Under the pieces are notes generated by a model that was not told where the DNA came from, made no database searches, and saw only the letters and a list, made by a program, of their open reading frames with translations. The translations under genes were made by a program, and so were the position numbers. Positions 28,303 to 40,839 of a stretch of DNA of 64,000 nucleotides are shown one piece after another. Origin of the DNA: Azolla caroliniana (taxonomy: Eukaryota; Plantae; Polypodiophyta). Positions within the stretch are counted from its first letter, which is position 1, and each line of letters begins with the position of its first letter. The stretch covers positions 62,001-126,000 of the forward strand of contig JBHGNT010000005.1 of NCBI GenBank assembly GCA_043228905.1, in the 5' to 3' direction.

Positions 28303-30023
28303 GGCCTTTCATTTGGCTTAGCTATGTTGGAAATCTGAATCACTTCAAAGTTCTCCGGAGCTCAGCAATATAGGTTTCAATGTACATCCACTTATGTGGA
28401 TTTGAGTTTTTCTTACTGACGGGGATTAGGAAATAAAGTTATGGTTTGATCTTTCATTTATTTATATTTGACAAATATTATGCAGGTACCAAACATTGTA
28501 GTATAATTGTGATGTAGGAGGGTCTTAAGAAAGCCGCTAAATTATTTTCTCCCTATTTACATTTCCCCTCCTTTTTCTCCAACTTCTGACATGTTTTTCA
28601 TGTCCTCTTTTGACTTATCAGAGGACTCAGATGCATGTGTTTATGATAAGTGTTTGACGAAAATTGTACTTACGCGTGTTGTTTGAAGAACATCATACTC
28701 TTACTACTGTCTGATGAAAATTGCTAGCAGATGTTGTGCGTTTTGCATTATTTGAAAATCTTTGAATATCCATATAATTTCAATGAATTCAAACCAAGGT
28801 TGATCATCTTTTTCAAACATGTTTCGTCTCTTAGGCTGATTTCTGCCTACAAAAGATTCCCAAAAAACATATTTCTTCCTTTCTTGGATAAGCTTGAATC
28901 TAGGAACGAATGAGTAAATGAGATATGGTTAATCAAATCTGAAGTTCTAAGGGCCAAATCTTGGCTGCTTTAGATAAATTTGTAAGGTCTTTGTAATGAT
29001 CTGAGTGGTTTGAAGTTCACATGCAATCTTGTGCAAAGCGTCAGAAGATTTGCACATACAAATCATCATGGCCTCACAACTTGTGCTTTTAGTGTTTGTG
29101 TATTTTTTGTATCCATAGGAGCAGGTCGTGTGGCTTTGGATGTGAGATGTGTTCCTTATATGCAAGCAAATCCCTCTTTTGTATACTTCTACAAACTATC
29201 ATTTGTGCATAGAAATACCAACTTAAGGCTCTAATAGAGGTCTAAACCCTAAACATTCCCTTTCGTATGATTTGTATTGATGAGTAATGTCACATGTGAC
29301 TCCCACAATGTTTAGCAAGATAGCATCATACCAATATGAGGCTTAAGAACCATGGATTCATATCAATGTTCTAATTCTTCTGAATAAATTTGCTAGTTTT
29401 GTGCATGATGTATATAAAGGGATCTATTGAGAGTTATTTTCTATACATAAACACGAAGAACATATATTATTCTTTGCATGTCCCACCCATACTTCTCTAA
29501 ATCGCAGACTTGTTAAGACAAGTAAATATTTAGGAATTAGCCTTGTGCCATTATATGTATGGAAATTCTGATTGTCATGGATCACTGGCAACTAACAAAT
29601 GCGATATTATACATAATCAGCATGTCACGACCTTGAAAAGCAAATGATTCAGATTAGACAGGATCAATGACACATGAAGAGGGGCATTCATGAGTGAATA
29701 AGAAGGAAGCCATGGTAGCCATATCCCCCCACGGATGAGAGAGAAAGAAAGAAAAAGGAGCCTATTGGGCGAAGACAAGACAGTCATACATTTTTTTTGT
29801 TTACGGTGGTGCAGTAAACAGAGAAGAAGAAGCAGTGTCCGTCTATTCTTCATATGAAAACGAGGCCCTCTGTTTTTTATTATTATATAAATACGGAAAT
29901 CTGAAGGATGAAGGTCATGGTGTCTGAAATATGTATATGCATTTTGCAAATTCCTGAGCTCAAAGCAACCATGGCCTAAACGAAGAAACACACAGACACA
30001 GTCTAGCCAGAGTGTGAGGTTCC

Positions 30024-33000
30024 ATGGCGAGCTCGTCCTTCTCCACACTTTCTCCTCCTCTGATTCTTCTCATCATCATCTTCTTCTCCTTCGCTTCTTC
30101 ATCTGTGACCATATCTCCACCTCGACCCAAGAATGTGAACATAGCCCTACAGACCAAATGGAAGAGCACGTCTTTCTTCCTCGAAGCAGGAGAGCTTCTA
30201 GCAAAATACAGGGACGAGTTCTTCTGGTCTTTCCTAGATTCTTGGAAATCGTTACCTCCTCCCCACCATGGCTCGGATAATCCTACCTCTGATGAAGTTT
30301 GTTTCAACAAGATTCTTCGCACAGCTAGCTCAATCCTTGATGGACCGCTTCAGTCTGTTTTCCATCTCTCTCTGTTGCTTAGATCGGCATCTCCAAAGCT
30401 TGTTTTGTATGAACAGCTAGCGGAAGAATCTCTGATTCATCACAAGTTGAAAGGAAATGACGAAGGAAAAACAGCAGAAGAAGAAGGACAAACATTGGCT
30501 CCGCCTTGTTGTTGGGCAGAGACCCAAAACAATGTTTTTATTGATGCATCAAAGCTTAAGGAGTGGGTGCAAACCCTAAATATAGAGGAAGGGAGAACCC
30601 TAGAAACAGCCCAGGAAATGCTAAAAGAAAGGGAAGAAAAAACCCTTGAAACAATGGAGATTTTTGCCTTCGATCACGTCTTTCCTAGATCTCGGTCGTT
30701 TCTACCTGTCATTATACTCTATGGCACTCCAGGTACGTCTTGCTTTGCTAGCTTTGATGTTATCTTGTCAGAAGCTGCAACATTAGGGCTGCTCAAGTAT
30801 GTCTTCCGACCATATCTCAGCTTGGGATGTGAGAACTTGGATGCTGATAGATGTGTTTCTATGGGTGCGGGCGAGACTTTATATCTCGGAGGCTATGGTG
30901 TCGAGCTTGCTTTGAAAAACATGGAATATAAGGCCATTGATGATAGTGATGTGAAGAAGGGTGATATTACAGATGAGGCTCGAACCGACGACCTCTCTGA
31001 GGAGGTCAGAGGCTTTATCTTCTCGAAGCTCTTGGAAAGGAAACCTGATCTTTCTGATGATCTGTTGACCTTTCGGGATCATTTGCTTTCCTCGAGTGTT
31101 TCAGACACGATGAATGTATGGGAACTCAAAGACTTAGGATATCAGACTGCACAGAGGATTATCCATGCTTCAGATCCTGTACATGTAATGCAGGATATCA
31201 ATCAAAACTTTCCAAACTTGGTCTCATCTATATCAAGGTTAAAGCTTAATCATACAATGAAGGAAGAGATTATGGCTAATCAGAGGATGGTCAATCCAGG
31301 GAAGAATTTGCTTGCACTCAATGGAGCATTGATCAACATAGAGGGACTTGATCTCTATTCTCTCACCGAGCTTGTCCTTGGAGAGCTCTTCCTTGCAGAT
31401 GTCATATCGAAGATGAAAGTTCCTTCCAAATATGCTAAAAGCTTGATGAAAATACCAGATCCAGCAGAGTTAACATCTTTCCGAGTGGATTTTAGATCAG
31501 ATCATGTGCATTATCTTAATAATATTGAAGAAGATGCTATGTACAGGAGATGGAGAAGCAATTTGCAAGATCTTCTGATGCCAGTGTTCCCTGGACAGAT
31601 GAGATACATCAGAAAAAATTTGTTTCATGCTATTTATGTCATTGATCCTGCCTCTCCATCCGGGTTGAATGTTATCGATACCATCCTCTATTACTATGAG
31701 AACAATGTTCCGATGCGTTTTGGCATTCTTTTGTTTTCAACGGCAGCAGCTGAGAGCATTGCAGAAAACAGTGGGGAAATGCCAAAAAACCCCAAATTTG
31801 AGAAGGATCTTGCTGTCCTGGTTGGAAAGTTGTTTGGGTATGTCGAAGAAAATTATGGTGTCATTGCTGCATTTCAATTCTTAAGCGGGGTAAACAGAGC
31901 TAAGGGTGGAGATATTGAAAGCCAGAACGATGACCCTATCGAGTTATCTCACATTGAAGAAGCATTTTTTGATAGCATGAAATCGAGGGCTAAATCTCCA
32001 CCTCAAGAAATCCTGAGAAAACTAGAGATGGATTCAGAATATGAGGAGTCCTTTTTGCAAAGTACTTTGTTTGTCTTCAAGCTTGGGCTGCACCAAATGC
32101 AACCATGCTTGCTGTTGAACGGTCTTGTTCATAGTTCAACAAGCTTGCAAGGGGGTATATCAGCTATGAATGAGGAGCTTCCCAGAATACAAGAAGGCGT
32201 ATATTTTGGCCACATTAACTCTCATACAGATATATTAGACAAGTTCTTGAAAGAGGGAGGGTACCCAAGATACAATCCACAGATAGTTTCTACCAGCAAA
32301 GAAGATTTGAAGTATGTCTCACTAGCAAAAGCTGAACATTCATTCTGGATTAATGTGCCGTATCTACATACACCCGGCACGGATGATGATGTTAAGGCCA
32401 TTACTCATTTGCTTGTTGTGGATGCTTCAAATGATTCAGGGTTTCAACTACTTCTACAAGCAATTCGATACTTAATAAGTGGATCAAAGAGAGGCAGAGT
32501 GGGAATACTGTTTGATGTTCATGATGGGCCTACCTTCAGGAAGGAATCACCATCTCTCGTGCTTGTCAGGGTCATATCGTCTGCACTGAAATCATCTAGT
32601 AGCTCAAAGAAAGTTCTTCCATTCTTGCATGACTTGCTTTCTTGGTACGTTTCGCATTCGGACACTGAAGGCAGTAAGCTTGACATTGGTATGGTTGTTG
32701 AGAAATCATTGCATTTTGCTGAGTCATCAAAGCTGAAGCTAGTGTTGGCTGAGGATTTCATTTCTCATCCTGGACCTAAGGAAGAAGAAGAGACACGTGT
32801 GGCCTCCGCTCTTTTTGGGCTGCAGCCAGGATCAAATGCTGTTGTAACTAATGGAAAAGTTTTCATGCAAAACCAGGGGGGTGGATTTACAGCTGAAGAC
32901 TTTTTCCTTCTGGAATCAGTCGAATATGATCGGAGAGTGAAGCAAGTGAGTGAAATAATTGAGCGAGTTGAATGGGAAGGAATTTTGCCCGATGATTTAA

Positions 33001-35018
33001 CAAGTGGTTTGCTGAGCACTGCCATAATGGGAATCTCATCAGCAATAGCTACAAGAATGCGAGGCTCTGATACTGCTCGATTTGATTTACTACAATCAGA
33101 GCATAGTGCTATCATACATGAATCTGAAAATGCGCCTGTCCATGTGGATGCGATCATTGATCCATTGAGCCCGATTGGGCAAAAGTTAACTCCATTCTTT
33201 TTGTTGTTGCAGAACTGGTTCAATGCAAGCATTCGGATTCTCTTGAATCCTATGAGCTCTCTTGCAGACTTACCTTTAAAGAATTTCTACAGGTTTGTGG
33301 TTCCTAACAAGAACCCTTTTAATCCCGATGGTAGCTGGATGGTTGGCCCTGTAGCAGTGTTTTCTAATATGCCACCCACACGGACATTGACAATGAATCT
33401 AGATGTACCAGAGCCATGGCTGGTGGAGCCTATCAAAGCAATCTATGATTTGGATAATATTGTGCTTGAAAAGCTTGGAAATGCACGGACTATGTATGCA
33501 GTTTTTGAGCTAGAAGCTTTAATGCTAACGGGGCATTGCCATGAACACAATGATGGCCCTCCTCGAGGTCTTCAGCTTCTTCTAGGTACTAAAATGAAAC
33601 CCCACATGGTTGACACTATAGTTATGGCGAATTTGGGATATTGGCAATTAAAAGCAGCCCCTGGAGTTTGGACTCTAAGACTTGCACCAGGTAAGTCCTC
33701 AGATTTGTATACCTTCCGGGGGCTCAGGGAAGGAGATGACAATGGGCCACAATCTAAACAAGTCATCATAATGGATCTAAGGGGAGAATTGCTTCATCTT
33801 GAGGTTGTCAAACGGAAGGGCAGAGAAGGTGAGGCTTTGCTGAGTGATGATGAAGATGAAGACGAACAAGAAGGAAAGAAAGGTAACCAAGGCTGGAATA
33901 AGGAACTTCTGAAATGGGCAACTGATCTTCTTGGAGGTAACAAGAAGCCCTCTGAAGTAGATGCACAGAAGCAACATCTAGGAAAGGTTGTGCAAAGGAA
34001 AGGGGAGCCCATCAACATTTTCTCCATAGCATCTGGTCACCTTTATGAGCGCTTTTTGAAAATTATGATGCTCAGTGTACTCAAGAATACCCAGCGGCCT
34101 GTCAAGTTTTGGTTTATAAAGAATTATCTTTCACCCCAGTTCAAAAATTTCATCCCATACATGGCAGAAGAGTATGGATTTGAATACGGCCTAGTGACTT
34201 ACAAGTGGCCTACCTGGCTTCATAAGCAAACAGAGAAGCAGAGGATTATTTGGGCTTACAAGATCTTATTCTTGGATGTTATATTCCCGTTGTCATTGAA
34301 AAAAGTAATCTTTGTAGATGCTGATCAGATTGTCCGAGCAGACATGGGAGAACTTTATGACATGAACTTGAAGGGTAGACCACTTGCATACACACCCTTC
34401 TGTGATAATAACAAGGAAATGGATGGTTATCGCTTTTGGAACCAAGGCTTCTGGAAGGATCACTTGAGAGGCAAAGCCTATCATATCAGTGCATTGTATG
34501 TGGTAGACCTTGCGAAGTTTCGGCAGACAGCCGCAGGTGATAATTTGAGGGTGTTTTATGAGACTCTAAGCAAGGATCCTGGTAGTCTTTCGAACCTTGA
34601 TCAAGACCTTCCGAATTATGCCCAACACCAAGTTCCTATTTTCTCACTACCACAAGAATGGTTGTGGTGTGAGTCGTGGTGTGGAAATGCCACAAAAGGG
34701 AGGGCGAAAACCATTGATTTGTGCAACAATCCGATGACAAAGGAGCCAAAGCTACAGGGTGCTCGGAGAATCGTGGCGGAATGGCCAGCACTTGATGAGG
34801 AGGCGAGAAGATTAACTGCGCGGGTGCTTGGGGAAGAATCCGATTCTTCCAAAGGATTGGAATCAGAATCGGAATCGGAATCTTCCAAAGTATCAGAGAA
34901 TGGCTCTCACAAAATATCAAATAACGATTCTTCCAAAGCATCAGAATCAGAATCTTCTAAAGTGAACAGTGATGATGATTCTACAAATGCAGATACTGAG
35001 TCGGCTTCTGAGTTGTGA
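30024..35018 (+). CDS. UGGT: UDP-glucose:glycoprotein glucosyltransferase (single exon, intact)
   Basis: Uninterrupted 1664-aa ORF with a signal peptide, PKNVNIAL..KW, LGGYGVELALKNMEYKAIDD, VFPGQMRYIRKN, DLPLKNFYRFV, DTIVMANLGYWQLKA, the GT24 domain INIFSIASGHLYERFLKIM..FVDADQIVR..NLDQDLPN..EWLWCESWC..TIDLCNNPMTKEPKL, and an ER-retention-like C-terminus ASEL. Confidence 0.98.
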   Translation: MASSSFSTLSPPLILLIIIFFSFASSSVTISPPRPKNVNIALQTKWKSTSFFLEAGELLAKYRDEFFWSFLDSWKSLPPPHHGSDNPTSDEVCFNKILRTASSILDGPLQSVFHLSLLLRSASPKLVLYEQLAEESLIHHKLKGNDEGKTAEEEGQTLAPPCCWAETQNNVFIDASKLKEWVQTLNIEEGRTLETAQEMLKEREEKTLETMEIFAFDHVFPRSRSFLPVIILYGTPGTSCFASFDVILSEAATLGLLKYVFRPYLSLGCENLDADRCVSMGAGETLYLGGYGVELALKNMEYKAIDDSDVKKGDITDEARTDDLSEEVRGFIFSKLLERKPDLSDDLLTFRDHLLSSSVSDTMNVWELKDLGYQTAQRIIHASDPVHVMQDINQNFPNLVSSISRLKLNHTMKEEIMANQRMVNPGKNLLALNGALINIEGLDLYSLTELVLGELFLADVISKMKVPSKYAKSLMKIPDPAELTSFRVDFRSDHVHYLNNIEEDAMYRRWRSNLQDLLMPVFPGQMRYIRKNLFHAIYVIDPASPSGLNVIDTILYYYENNVPMRFGILLFSTAAAESIAENSGEMPKNPKFEKDLAVLVGKLFGYVEENYGVIAAFQFLSGVNRAKGGDIESQNDDPIELSHIEEAFFDSMKSRAKSPPQEILRKLEMDSEYEESFLQSTLFVFKLGLHQMQPCLLLNGLVHSSTSLQGGISAMNEELPRIQEGVYFGHINSHTDILDKFLKEGGYPRYNPQIVSTSKEDLKYVSLAKAEHSFWINVPYLHTPGTDDDVKAITHLLVVDASNDSGFQLLLQAIRYLISGSKRGRVGILFDVHDGPTFRKESPSLVLVRVISSALKSSSSSKKVLPFLHDLLSWYVSHSDTEGSKLDIGMVVEKSLHFAESSKLKLVLAEDFISHPGPKEEEETRVASALFGLQPGSNAVVTNGKVFMQNQGGGFTAEDFFLLESVEYDRRVKQVSEIIERVEWEGILPDDLTSGLLSTAIMGISSAIATRMRGSDTARFDLLQSEHSAIIHESENAPVHVDAIIDPLSPIGQKLTPFFLLLQNWFNASIRILLNPMSSLADLPLKNFYRFVVPNKNPFNPDGSWMVGPVAVFSNMPPTRTLTMNLDVPEPWLVEPIKAIYDLDNIVLEKLGNARTMYAVFELEALMLTGHCHEHNDGPPRGLQLLLGTKMKPHMVDTIVMANLGYWQLKAAPGVWTLRLAPGKSSDLYTFRGLREGDDNGPQSKQVIIMDLRGELLHLEVVKRKGREGEALLSDDEDEDEQEGKKGNQGWNKELLKWATDLLGGNKKPSEVDAQKQHLGKVVQRKGEPINIFSIASGHLYERFLKIMMLSVLKNTQRPVKFWFIKNYLSPQFKNFIPYMAEEYGFEYGLVTYKWPTWLHKQTEKQRIIWAYKILFLDVIFPLSLKKVIFVDADQIVRADMGELYDMNLKGRPLAYTPFCDNNKEMDGYRFWNQGFWKDHLRGKAYHISALYVVDLAKFRQTAAGDNLRVFYETLSKDPGSLSNLDQDLPNYAQHQVPIFSLPQEWLWCESWCGNATKGRAKTIDLCNNPMTKEPKLQGARRIVAEWPALDEEARRLTARVLGEESDSSKGLESESESESSKVSENGSHKISNNDSSKASESESSKVNSDDDSTNADTESASEL

Positions 35019-36021
35019 ATGCCAAAATTAAGAGTGAAAAGATTGGTTTTTAGTTTCACTTATTTGATCAGACCTTTTCCATGAGATTGTGAGACATTTC
35101 TGTATGTGCTGATACTGAATTTTGTCCGGGAACATGAAAAGCTGTGTTTCTAAAAAACAAATTAGAGCTGCAGACCAGCAGATCTTGCTAGGTCTGGATG
35201 CTTTGATTTGATTTTTGTCTGTAAACTGTCTGTTTAGGGCTTTGGCCTTCTCTCATTTCATCTAGGTACAGATCTCATGTGTTTTGGGTATATGATGGGT
35301 GGCTCAACTTCAAGGAAATTTGTCTCTTATAAGTGGGAATACTCTATAGGCATTCATAGTATCATGCTGAATGAAAACAAAAAATATCATGAGCTTAACA
35401 CAAAATAGAAGATAACAAAAATTTCATCCTACATGAAAACACATATCATGAGCCTTATTGAATGTGGTGTACAATTCATGCCATCAAACAGAAAATGGCG
35501 GATAACACCATGATTAGAGTTATAATGTATTATTGGTACCTTATTGATCACCATACCAAAATGTAGTCACCTAGTAAGATTTATTCATCGTTGATCCTTT
35601 GCTTTGTTTCAGAGTATTAGCATGATTGAGAAAACCTGTTAACTTTTGAAGTCTTCTAATGCTAAATGTTGAAGTTTTCTTCTGGTCAGTGCTGAATGCA
35701 TGCACTTGTGGTATGTGTGGCTTTATGAAGTTGCAAAGAGCAAGGGGGAATTGCTTGCAATATAGATGTTTTGCAATGGTTTATGCTTTTTTTATACAGG
35801 TTTTAACACACAAATGATGGATTTGATGGTGAACTTATACATTATCATTCATAGATATAATAGTAAGCTTATTTTCCCCGTATATTTTATAGCCTTCGGT
35901 ACTTGAAAGAGGTGGATTATCATCTTCGAAATTACATTGCTATTTCATGCACTATACTTTTCATGCACTCAAATAAGTATAACTTAAAATTATCTACAAT
36001 ATAAATTGGTATGTTAGGATA

Positions 36022-36370
36022 CATTATTGTGTCCATAATATCCAATTTCAGGGTTGCCCATTGTTTACACAAAGCAATGAGAGTATCTTTAGAGAGGCGA
36101 AGCTAGTGAAGGATATGTAAATGCACCCGAAGTCTTGTCTGTACAAACCCATGGCCTGTATTTGGAGTTTCCTCAGGATCGGTCAAGCTTTGGGCTACCC
36201 TAGCCCATTGAGCGCTCTACCTCAAGCCATGAACATTATATGCTCTACTTGAAAGATGTTTATGATCCATTATTGTGTCCATTATATCCAATTTCAGGGT
36301 TGCCCATTGCTTACACAAAGCAATGAGAGTATCTTTAGAGAGGCGATGCTAGTGAAGGATATGGAAATGC
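36022..36370. repeat. 103-bp direct repeats separated by a 143-bp spacer
   Basis: CATTATTGTGTCCAT..GGATATG(T/G)AAATGC at 36022-36124 and 36268-36370, with 4 mismatches seen. Confidence 0.92.
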
Positions 36371-37454
36371 GTGTGTTTACCATAATAATGTAGTTTTGTC
36401 ATAATTTCCATTGCATTGTGAGAATGATAATCGACCTTTACATTTTTACTATTAGCAAGTGCAATGTTGCACAATCATGTCATTGATTTGTGTACCCAAT
36501 TTGCTTTGTTTCTCACGTGATCCATACAAATAGAATTAAGAAGGAAGGTTGAGATTTAATTGCTACTCTCTTAATTATGGATTGTTAACTATATGAACAT
36601 TTTAATGATGTGGATCTTGTAGTTTTGGTCAAAAACATTGTACGCTTTCATAGTTGTTAATGGATAGCAAAACATACTCATGATAAAATTCTCTAGGATG
36701 GAGAGCTCTAGTCACTCATGCTCTCTACTGGCATGGGAATGAAATAGATTGACATTTCCACTCTTAAAATAACAATATTCAGGTTATTTTTTGTGCCCGA
36801 GTCAAGAAGAGAGGAATTCACAAATGGATCTATGGCTCCAAATAATCAAAGAAGTAAAGGAAATATGTTTCGTTGATGCCGACCTCATGTTGTTATTGTG
36901 CCAAATAAGTCTATATGATGTTAGGTTCCCCATCATCACATCAACATGGCTGCAAGGAGTGACGATTTGGTTACTCAAGAAGGAGCACAAAAGATGTACA
37001 TTGAAGGTAAATGATGATAATCTCGCCAAACCTTCTCAAAAGTTTGTGTAGTGATACTTCGGTGGTATAAGCGTTTATATATTGTTAAGATGGACACACT
37101 CAAGCACCTCTAGACATGGCAACAATTGGAAACACTTTGGGGGTAACCCCCAATACTCGTGTCGTGAACCAAGTTACCTAGTGACAAGTTTGAGCGTAGT
37201 TATATATCAACTATACCCACACACACAACGAGTGCTTGTGAGTGTCCACATGTGTGGGAGGGATTTGGCATTGCATATATGCACACATACATACATACAA
37301 ACACAAATACATCTCAACAGTCATACATACATACACAAATACATGTGGACGGTCATATATGCATACATACGTACGTACATACATACATACATACACAAAT
37401 ACACAAATACATCTCGACGGTCTAAATTGTTCGTCGAACCTTCTAGAAGCAAAG

Positions 37455-37536
37455 TATAAATAATAGCCCTTTCTCAAGAACTCTCCCTATCTTTCTCTTT
37501 TCTTCTGTTTTCTGACAGGCGAAACCCTAACCCTAA
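37455..37536 (+). promoter_or_regulatory. Putative TATA box and telo-box upstream of the MLF-domain gene
   Basis: TATAAATA at ~37455 and AAACCCTAACCCTAA at 37522-37536, 30-110 bp upstream of the ATG at 37566. Confidence 0.45.
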
Positions 37537-37565
37537 TTGTCTGCGATAATAATCTCTCCTCTGCG

Positions 37566-40500
37566 ATGAGTTTCCACGGCGATCATCATCGCTCTTCTTC
37601 AGGCCAAGGACGGCGGCGTGGTCCCAATGACGGAGCATCGCAGCCGTTTGATGCACAGGCTTTCGGATCACATCCTTTCAGCATGATGATGGGAGGAGGA
37701 GGGCTTGCAGGTGGATCGAGCATTTTCGATGATTTCTTTGGCAGATCTAATCCTTTCGACGATCCTTTCTTTCAGAGACCGATGGGAATGATGGGAATGT
37801 TTGGAGGAAGTATGTTTGGCCGTGGACCTTCGGCTATGGGAATTGATAGCTTCTTTGATCGATCGGGATTCCTCTCTCCACCCTCTCATGGCGCCTTCTT
37901 GGAACAACATCCTGTAAACCTTCCTACCCAAGCCCAGCCTGTGAGTTCTTGTTTCTCTTTCTTACTTTTCTCTCTTTTGCTCTACTTTCCTTTGTTAGAT
38001 ACAATTTGGTTGTAATCTTTCCTTTCTTGGGAAGTATAGTCTTATCAATATGCTTTTTGCAAAGGATTTGTCTTATTTGTGATCATGCGATTGCTAGAGG
38101 TTGATCTATATGAGTGATGTAAAACTCTTCACAGTGCTTCAGATTGGTAAATATGGTCCATGTAGCAAAATGTTATCCATGTACGAAATGCGACTTTTGC
38201 ATTCTTTCTTGATGCCATGGGAACTATGTCAGATATGTTTTATGTTTCAAACTGCAATTTCGTCTTGTTTCTTTATAGCTCGATGTTGTACTGCTAAATT
38301 TGCTTTTCTTTTGTTTGCCTTCTAGACTTTAATGTGCCATCAATGTTATTGCTGAAAACTGACTGTTTCCTGTGACAATGTTAATTGTTGTGAACTATTT
38401 ATTTTCTTTCTTGACTTCAGTTAAGATCCATTGATGTCTTACATCTCAAACTTGCAGCTTGGTTTCGTTCTAGTTGTTGAAACTAATTGGTAGTCTTTTC
38501 TACATCGCAAATTGTCTGGTTTGCATTCTTTCTATTGAAATTATTATGGTTAGTATAGAAAATCTTAGTACCTTCACTAATCTTAGTTAATGTCTTTTTG
38601 GTCCCATTAGGGATTTGAATGTTAAGTTAGATATTGTTTTATCACTCTTTACTTTGCTTTCTTTCTTCTCATAGCCGTTATGTGTACTTCATTTTTTTAT
38701 CCATGGATTCTGCAAATCATTTGTCATTTTCATTGAATGGGGTAGGTATGCCAAAACAGTGGTTCATACCTACATTGGTAACTGCAATTGGTTTTACTTG
38801 CCATATTTAGTGTTTAGTTCACAACACAAATTCTTTAGGTACATAGAGATCTCATAGATTGTGTTGAGAATATTGTAAAAATCACAGCTGCATGAGTGTA
38901 ACACAGTGCATATCAATCTAGAATAATTAGACACAATTCGGTGGTGATACTGCATACATGTGAAACTCGAATTGACCTAAAAGCCATTTATACAGCTATT
39001 TGGTGTGTAGGATGTCTCCTTGTGACATGATACTGTCTGGCGGCGATAACATGCAAAGTGTTGCTGTCTAAATCAGAGATTTGTGTAAACAATTTTTGCA
39101 GGAACGCCGAAGAGGTCCCATCATTGAAGAGCTGTCAGATGATGCGGAAGTAACAGAAAAAACTGAGGAACAACCCATTGTTGAACATCCTGATGATGGA
39201 GTAATAGGTATTTATTTTACATTCATAATGTATCATGACTTTGGTTATTAGCTACGTATGTCTGACTGCTGTCAATTTTATTTTTTATTCATGTAACTTT
39301 TAATAAGCAAATCTGTGTTTTGATAGCATGATGTTTACAAACTACTTAGATTTACATGCTTTCCTTGGATTTGCTTTTATCGTACTAATTTTCATTAAAT
39401 TGGTGTTTTTATCTACATATTAATGTCACAGCTCAAAGAAGGGACCAAAATCAAACATCACAAAGTGGCACTATGCAGTCCAGGTATCATCGACAACCAG
39501 CAGAGCATGGATTTAATTCTAACAACAGATTCCAGAGCTTTAGTTTTCAGAGCTCTTCAGTATCTTATGGTGGGTCTGGGGGTTCTTTCTATTCTTCTTC
39601 CTCAATACGGAGACAAGGACCTGATGGGGTATGAGACTCTCCTTATTCATGTATGCTCTTTGGGTTAATGTATGGAACAGTTCATAACTAATAACTAAAA
39701 GCTCGTTACATTTGATTAGCTAATTCATGAGGAACACATTGAGAAGGATTCAACGGGTAAGGAGACAAGGAGCTCAGCAAGGGGTTTGAAGGACAAGGTT
39801 CTGACTTGACTGCAAAATGCTAATGATACTTGACTAACATTCTGTTAGATACAAAGATTCTGTATGTTCCTTATAGCACCTAAATTGTCTTTGTTTGTGC
39901 AATGATCGATTTTAATGTGCATGAAAATAGCTTCATGCAATGACAAAGAAGCGAAATGCAGCAAATGAGCCTGAAACTACCATTGAAACTCTGCGGAACT
40001 TAACTCCAGGTAATGTACCTAGATGTAATTATTGAGGGCTTGTAGTGACTTCATTATATTGAGTGGTTTGTGTTTTATTTATATTCCAGAGGAAGCACCG
40101 GATTTTGATAGTCAGTGGTTAGAACGTGCAAACCGAAGTCTCCCTGGCTGGAACAACCATCATCCACAAATGCTAGAGTCTGGTGGCCAGAGTGAGTAAA
40201 TGATTTACTGAATTGCGTATGTGTGTAGATATTATCTCCAAATCTAGATTAGAGTGTGCCAATCAGAATTTGCATAGTAGCTTTTTCTAGGCAAGCATTT
40301 GTGAATGGTGATGCTCCAATTTTGGATGCATTCAAATGAGGTTAAATGCCAATAATTTAGTGGGTCTGATTTCCTTCTGATGTGATATATTTATCATTGT
40401 AGCATATTTCTGTAGATCTGATTTCTGTTTGACATTTTAATGCTTCTTTCTGCACATGCTTGTTGGATTTTGTTCAAGTGAATTGGAATTATTTAGTGCC

Positions 40501-40839
40501 TGGGACATTTAACTGTGCACGCAAGCCGTGTTCAAGTTATTGAACAGCCTTCACTTGCACATTATCAGATGCGTCTTCCTGCTTACATAGTATATAGGTT
40601 TAATTGAGCTTCATTAATCTTAGTTGATGATATATTTAATTATCCAATTTGTAATTGCTGGTTGTGTACATCCATCCATTCTGAAAATACTTTGAAAAAA
40701 GTAATATTTTCTCTTGCTGTTATCATTATTGAAAAATCATTTGTTCTTATCATTGTCTCTAGGAGGTAATCGACGAGTTACACCAGCATTACCAGATAGC
40801 AGAAACGATGGTCACCAAGCAAGGAGGTTTCGAAGTTGA
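37566..40839 (+). CDS. Myeloid leukemia factor (MLF)-domain glycine-rich protein (At4g22740-like)
   Basis: FFGRSNPFDDPFFQRPMG, RGPIIEELSDD..PIVEHPDD, SFSFQSSSVSYGG..YSSSSIRRQGPDG, SARGLKDK, ETLRNL..FDSQW..SLPGW. Exons approx. 37566-37940, 39102-39207, 39432-39628, 39720-39797, 39931-40009, 40090-40191, 40763-40839 (TGA). Confidence 0.85.

Noticed and set aside
28640-28720. Possible C/D-box snoRNA downstream of HEMC (ATGATAA...CTGA)
   Set aside because: Imperfect C box, no terminal stem and only ~7 nt of recognisable rRNA complementarity.
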